64,000 bases of DNA, from the NCBI GenBank assembly GCA_038087875.1, contig JAXLNO010000462.1, positions 186,001 to 250,000 of the forward strand, read 5' to 3'. How positions within the stretch are numbered: the stretch's first letter is position 1; the number at the start of each line of letters is the position of its first letter. The notes under the pieces were generated by a model. That model worked only from the letters and a program-made list of their open reading frames with translations, was not told the origin of the DNA and ran no database searches. Below, in pieces: positions 59,804-64,000 of this stretch. The position numbers were made by a program, and so were the translations under genes. Origin of the DNA: Malacoraja senta. Lineage: Eukaryota.

Positions 59804-62315
59804 GCGCTGTTTAGGTGGACACAAAATGGTGGAAGGAATGGGTAACGTTTCAGGGTCGAGACCCATCTTTAGTGTCGACCTGAAACGTCACCCATTGCTT
59901 GTCTCCAGAGATGCTGCCTGTCCCTCTGAGTTACTCCAGCACTCTGAAATGTCACCTATCCATGTTCCCTACAGATGCTGCCTGACCCGCTGAGTTACTC
60001 CAGCACTTTGTGTTAGTCATAGAGTGATACAGTGTGGTAACAGGCCGTTCGGCCCAATTTGCCCACACCAACCAACATGTCCCAGCTACACTAGTCCCAC
60101 CTGCTTGTGTTTGGTCCATATCCCTCCAAACTTGTCCTATCCATGTAACTGTCCAACTGTTTCTTAAACGTTGGGATAGTCCCAGCCTCAACTACCTCCT
60201 GTGACAGTTTGTTCCATACTCCCACCACCCTCTGTGTGAAAAAGATACACCTCAGTTTCCTATTAAATCTTTTCCCCTTCACCTTGAACCCATGTCCTCT
60301 GGTCCTCGATTCCCCGGTGTATGCGGAGGAGGCAGGAACGGAGCACTGATTGTGGATGATCAGCCATCATCACATTGAATGGTGGTGCTGGTTCGAAGGG
60401 CCGAATGGCCTACTCCTGCACCTATTGTCTCTTGTCTAATGTATCAGGACTAGGCGTGTATTTCACCCTACACGTGCGCGCTGTCCTCCAAGGCCAGCTG
60501 GATCTCCCGGTTGCCAACCATTTTAACTCCCATCCCACTCCCACACTGATCTTTCTGTCCTGGGCCTCCTCCATTGCCAGAGTGAGGTGACACGCAAACT
60601 GGAGGAACAGCACCTCATAGATTACAGCCCAATGACATGAACATTGAATTCTCCAAATTAAGGAGACTCTCCCCCGACTACTTTGAGTCCTGAAAAGCGC
60701 TATATAAATAACATCTATTATTATTATTATTAATCAAGTCCTGGAGTCTGTCCCGACCCCATCTCTTTTTTCCAGCTTTCTCCTCCGACTCCATCAGTCC
60801 AAAGAAGGGTCCAGACCCGACACGTCCCCTGTCCATTCCTCTCCAAAGTGCCGGTAGAACTCAGCAGGTCAGCCATCCGTGGTGGGAAACAGATGGAGAA
60901 GTGTTCCTATTACAAGCTCTCCTTGGCCCTGTCAAGAATGTGGTGTCCATTCTTGGGATGGTATACAAGGTCCGAGCTGACCAGTCATCGACAGCCCCCC
61001 TTCCCTTCCCTTCCCTCGTGGGCCATCTCTTTGTCATTCCTCTGTCTTCTTCTCACTGGATGACAAGCAGAACCGTCTTGGCTTAACAGTAGATGTATCT
61101 TCTTCCTTTTGGCCTTTCGTTTCTGCAGGTATTTACAGCGGAATCAAAACTACTTCCCTTAGGTCCTGATCTTCCTTTTGTTTTAGTAAAGGTAGAACCT
61201 TTAACAGTTGCGATTGGTTTAGGATCTTGAATACTCCCAAAGCATAAATTTGACATGAACCGTTTCTTTCATACCTCTAAGATATATCGCAAACTCCCGC
61301 AATGCTTTCGCGTCTGGCTGGATAGCTGTCCAGGCATTGGCCTTCTTCATGAGGATGTCTTTGGATCATGGAAGTTTAAAGGGACTTTTATGTAGTGTGT
61401 CGGCAGCGAGCGGCGACTGCGGAGGGTTCAACAGCCCCGACCACGGGTGAACAAAAGGGGAAGATGATTGAACTTTATTACCTTCCATCACAGTGAGGAA
61501 TGTGGATTCCGCTGTGGTGGATGTTTACGTTAGATTTTATTTGATATGGCTGTGTGTCTTGTTGCTTTTTACTCAGTATGGCTGTATGGTAACTCAAATA
61601 TCACTGTACATTGGTGCATGTGACAATAAATTCCAACTTGAACTTGATCAGCATTCGTCTATATATTTAAAAAAAAAGGATAATGCTGACTGATCGGGCA
61701 CAATTGTGACAGCTTGATTTCAAAGACAGGACAGGGACATTCCCTGAGGGATTCGGGTGGTTGGAAGAGGTTTCTTCTGTGTTTTTCCCCTCGGTTGTTG
61801 TCCGGGGAGGAAGGCGGCGGCACTCGGCCCGTCGGGGCTAGGATGCGCGGGAGGAAGGCTGAGCTTGGATTGAGGCATGGAAGGCTGAGCGCGTCTCCCC
61901 TGCCCCGACCCGCATCCCGTCCACCACGGAGGGGGAAGCGAGCAAACTCCACACGGACAGCGTCGGTGGTCGCCCTGCCCGGAGACAGGCCCTTCGGCCC
62001 CTCTCCCCGTGCTACCCCGGGCTTTCTGCGACACAACCTAGCACTGTTCTGCACTGGATATTGCATTTATTGCGTTTGTCATCACTGTATGAGCACTGAT
62101 TGCTCTGGCGGCTGCGTGTGAACGGGCGATTTCATCACCTCCCGAGCGATGTGCAGAACAACAAACTAATGAAGCATCTGGAACACAGTTCTCCTGGGTT
62201 GCTGCAGGCTGAAGCATCATACTACTACCCTGTTGAGCCCCGTCAGTCCCACAGCACAGAAACACACAGCCATGCCTATCGAAGCTAGTCCCACATGCAC
62301 GCGTCTGGCCCCTCG
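59310..62315. repeat. Right arm of inverted segmental duplication
   Basis: Reverse complement of the left arm, lacking about 45965-48185. Confidence 0.9.
60681..60730 (+). mobile_element. Ultra-short L2 3' tail insertion
   Basis: ctttgagtcctgaaaagcgctatataaat..(tta)n; absent from the paralogous site near 45590. Confidence 0.8.
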
Positions 62316-62399
62316 CCCTCTCTGCCTTTCCCACCCATGCCTTTAGAAAGGAGATGAGGAGGAATTTCTTTAGCCGGAGAGTTGTGAATCTGAGAGAGG

Positions 62400-64000
62400 C
62401 CCAGTCGGTCATCTCCCTCCTAAACAGATATACCATTTTGGATACTGTTGGGGGAGATGGCTCATCAGGAGAAGGCAGCAGCAGCCAAGTTCATGGCACC
62501 ATGGGTGGCTCTGCGGCACAGGAGGGGAGGAAAAAGAGTAGAAGGGCTATAGTAATAGGGGATTCAATTGTAAGGGGAATAGATAGGCGTTTCTGCGGCC
62601 GCAAATGAGACTCGAGGATGGTATGTTGCCTCCCTGGTGCAAGGGTTAGGGATGTCACTGAACGGCTGCAGAACATTCTGGAGGGGGAGGGTGAACAGCC
62701 AGTTGTCGTGGTCCACATTGGCACCAACGATATAGGTAAAAAACGGGATGAGGTCCTACAAGGTGAATTTAGGGAGCTAGGAGGTAAACTTAAAAGCAGG
62801 ACCTCAAAGGTAATAGTCTCTGGATTACTACCAGTGCCACGTGCTAGTCAGAGTAGGAATAGGAGGGTATTTCAGATGAATACGTGGCTTGAAAAATGGT
62901 GCAAGGGGGAGGGATTCAAATTTCTAGGGCATTGGAACCAGTTCTGGGGGAGGTGGGACCAGTACAAACAGGACGGTCTGCACCTGGGCTGGAATGGAAC
63001 CAGTGTCCTTGGGGGAGTGTTTGCTAGTGCTGTCGGGGAGGATTTAAACTAATGCGGCAGGGGATGGGAGCATGAGCAGAGAGGCAGCGGGGTGTAAAAT
63101 GAGGGTAGAAGCAATAGGTAGCAAGGTGAAAAGTAAAAGTGGCAGGCAGACAAATCCAGGGCAAAAATCAAAAAGGGCCACTTTTCAACATAATTGTAAA
63201 AGGGGTAAGTGTTGTAAAAACAAGCCTGAAGGCTTTGTGTCTCAATGCAAGGAGCATTCGTAATGAGGTGGATGAGTTGAATGTGCAGATAGTTATTAAT
63301 GAATATGATATAGTTGGGATCATGGAGACATGGCTCCAGGGTGACCAAGGCTGGGAGCTGAACATCCAGGGATATTCAATATTCAGGAGGGGTAGACAGA
63401 AAGGAAAAGGAGGTGGGGTAGCGTTGCTGGTTAGAGAGGAGATTAACGCAATAGAAAGGAAGGACATTAGTTTGGAGGAAGTGGAATCGATATGGGTAGA
63501 GCTGCGAAACACTGAGGCAGAAAACACTAGTGGGAGTTGTGTACAGGCCACCTAACAGTAGTAGTGGAGTTGGGGATGGCATCAAACAGAAAATTAGAAA
63601 TGCGTGCAACAAAGGTAAAACAGTTATAATGGGTGACTTCAATCTGCATATAGATTGGGTGAATCAAATTGGCAGGGGTGCTGAGGAAGAGGATTTCTTG
63701 GAATGTATGCGGGATAGTTTTCTAAACCAACATGTAGAGGAACCAAGGAGAGAGCAGGCTATTCTAGACTGGGTATTTTGTAATGAGGAAGGGTTAGTTA
63801 GCAGTCTTGTTGTGCGTGGCCCCTTGGACAAGAGTGACCATAATATAGTTTTCTTCATTAAGGTGGAGAGTGACATAGTTAACTCAGAAACAAGGGTTCT
63901 GAACTTAAGGAAAGGTAACTTTGAGGGTATGAGACGTGGATTGGCCAAGATAGACTGGCAATTGATTCTTAAAGGATTGACGGTGGATATGCAATGGAAG
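62400..64000 (+). mobile_element. CR1 5' portion: ORF1 SGNH esterase and ORF2 endonuclease, disrupted
   Basis: IGDSIVRG, CLPGA, VHIGTND, DGLHL (stop at 62606); NARSI, ETWL, YRPP, GDFN, SDH. Confidence 0.93.

Overview
Eukaryotic, almost entirely repeat-derived DNA. The element mix (dominant CR1 LINEs, an HE1-like V-SINE, Penelope-type termini) suggests a cartilaginous fish such as a skate or ray; that is inference. No intact host gene, rRNA, true tRNA or CRISPR array is supported. The window holds many nested CR1, L2, Rex1/Babar-like and L1 LINE fragments, two Penelope-like (GIY-YIG) insertions with minimal hammerhead-like motifs, a decayed DIRS element, two near-complete but frameshifted Gypsy LTR elements, a Buster/Charlie-type hAT pseudogene, a Helitron 3' end with upstream 23-aa STPR-like repeats, BEL/Pao gag remnants, SINEs and several minisatellites. 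Two divergently oriented C2H2 zinc-finger pseudogenes lie in a large inverted segmental duplication, with a third partial copy of the cassette further left. Best leads: the hammerhead-bearing Penelope termini and their short non-coding multimers, a YY1/CRE-like 57-bp minisatellite in a promoter-like block, the STPR-like Helitron repeats, a junction-spanning 516-bp templated duplication, and the triplicated ZNF cassette. I cannot show that any of these is a new system. Family names come from motif recognition only, no database search, and boundaries without a TSD are approximate.
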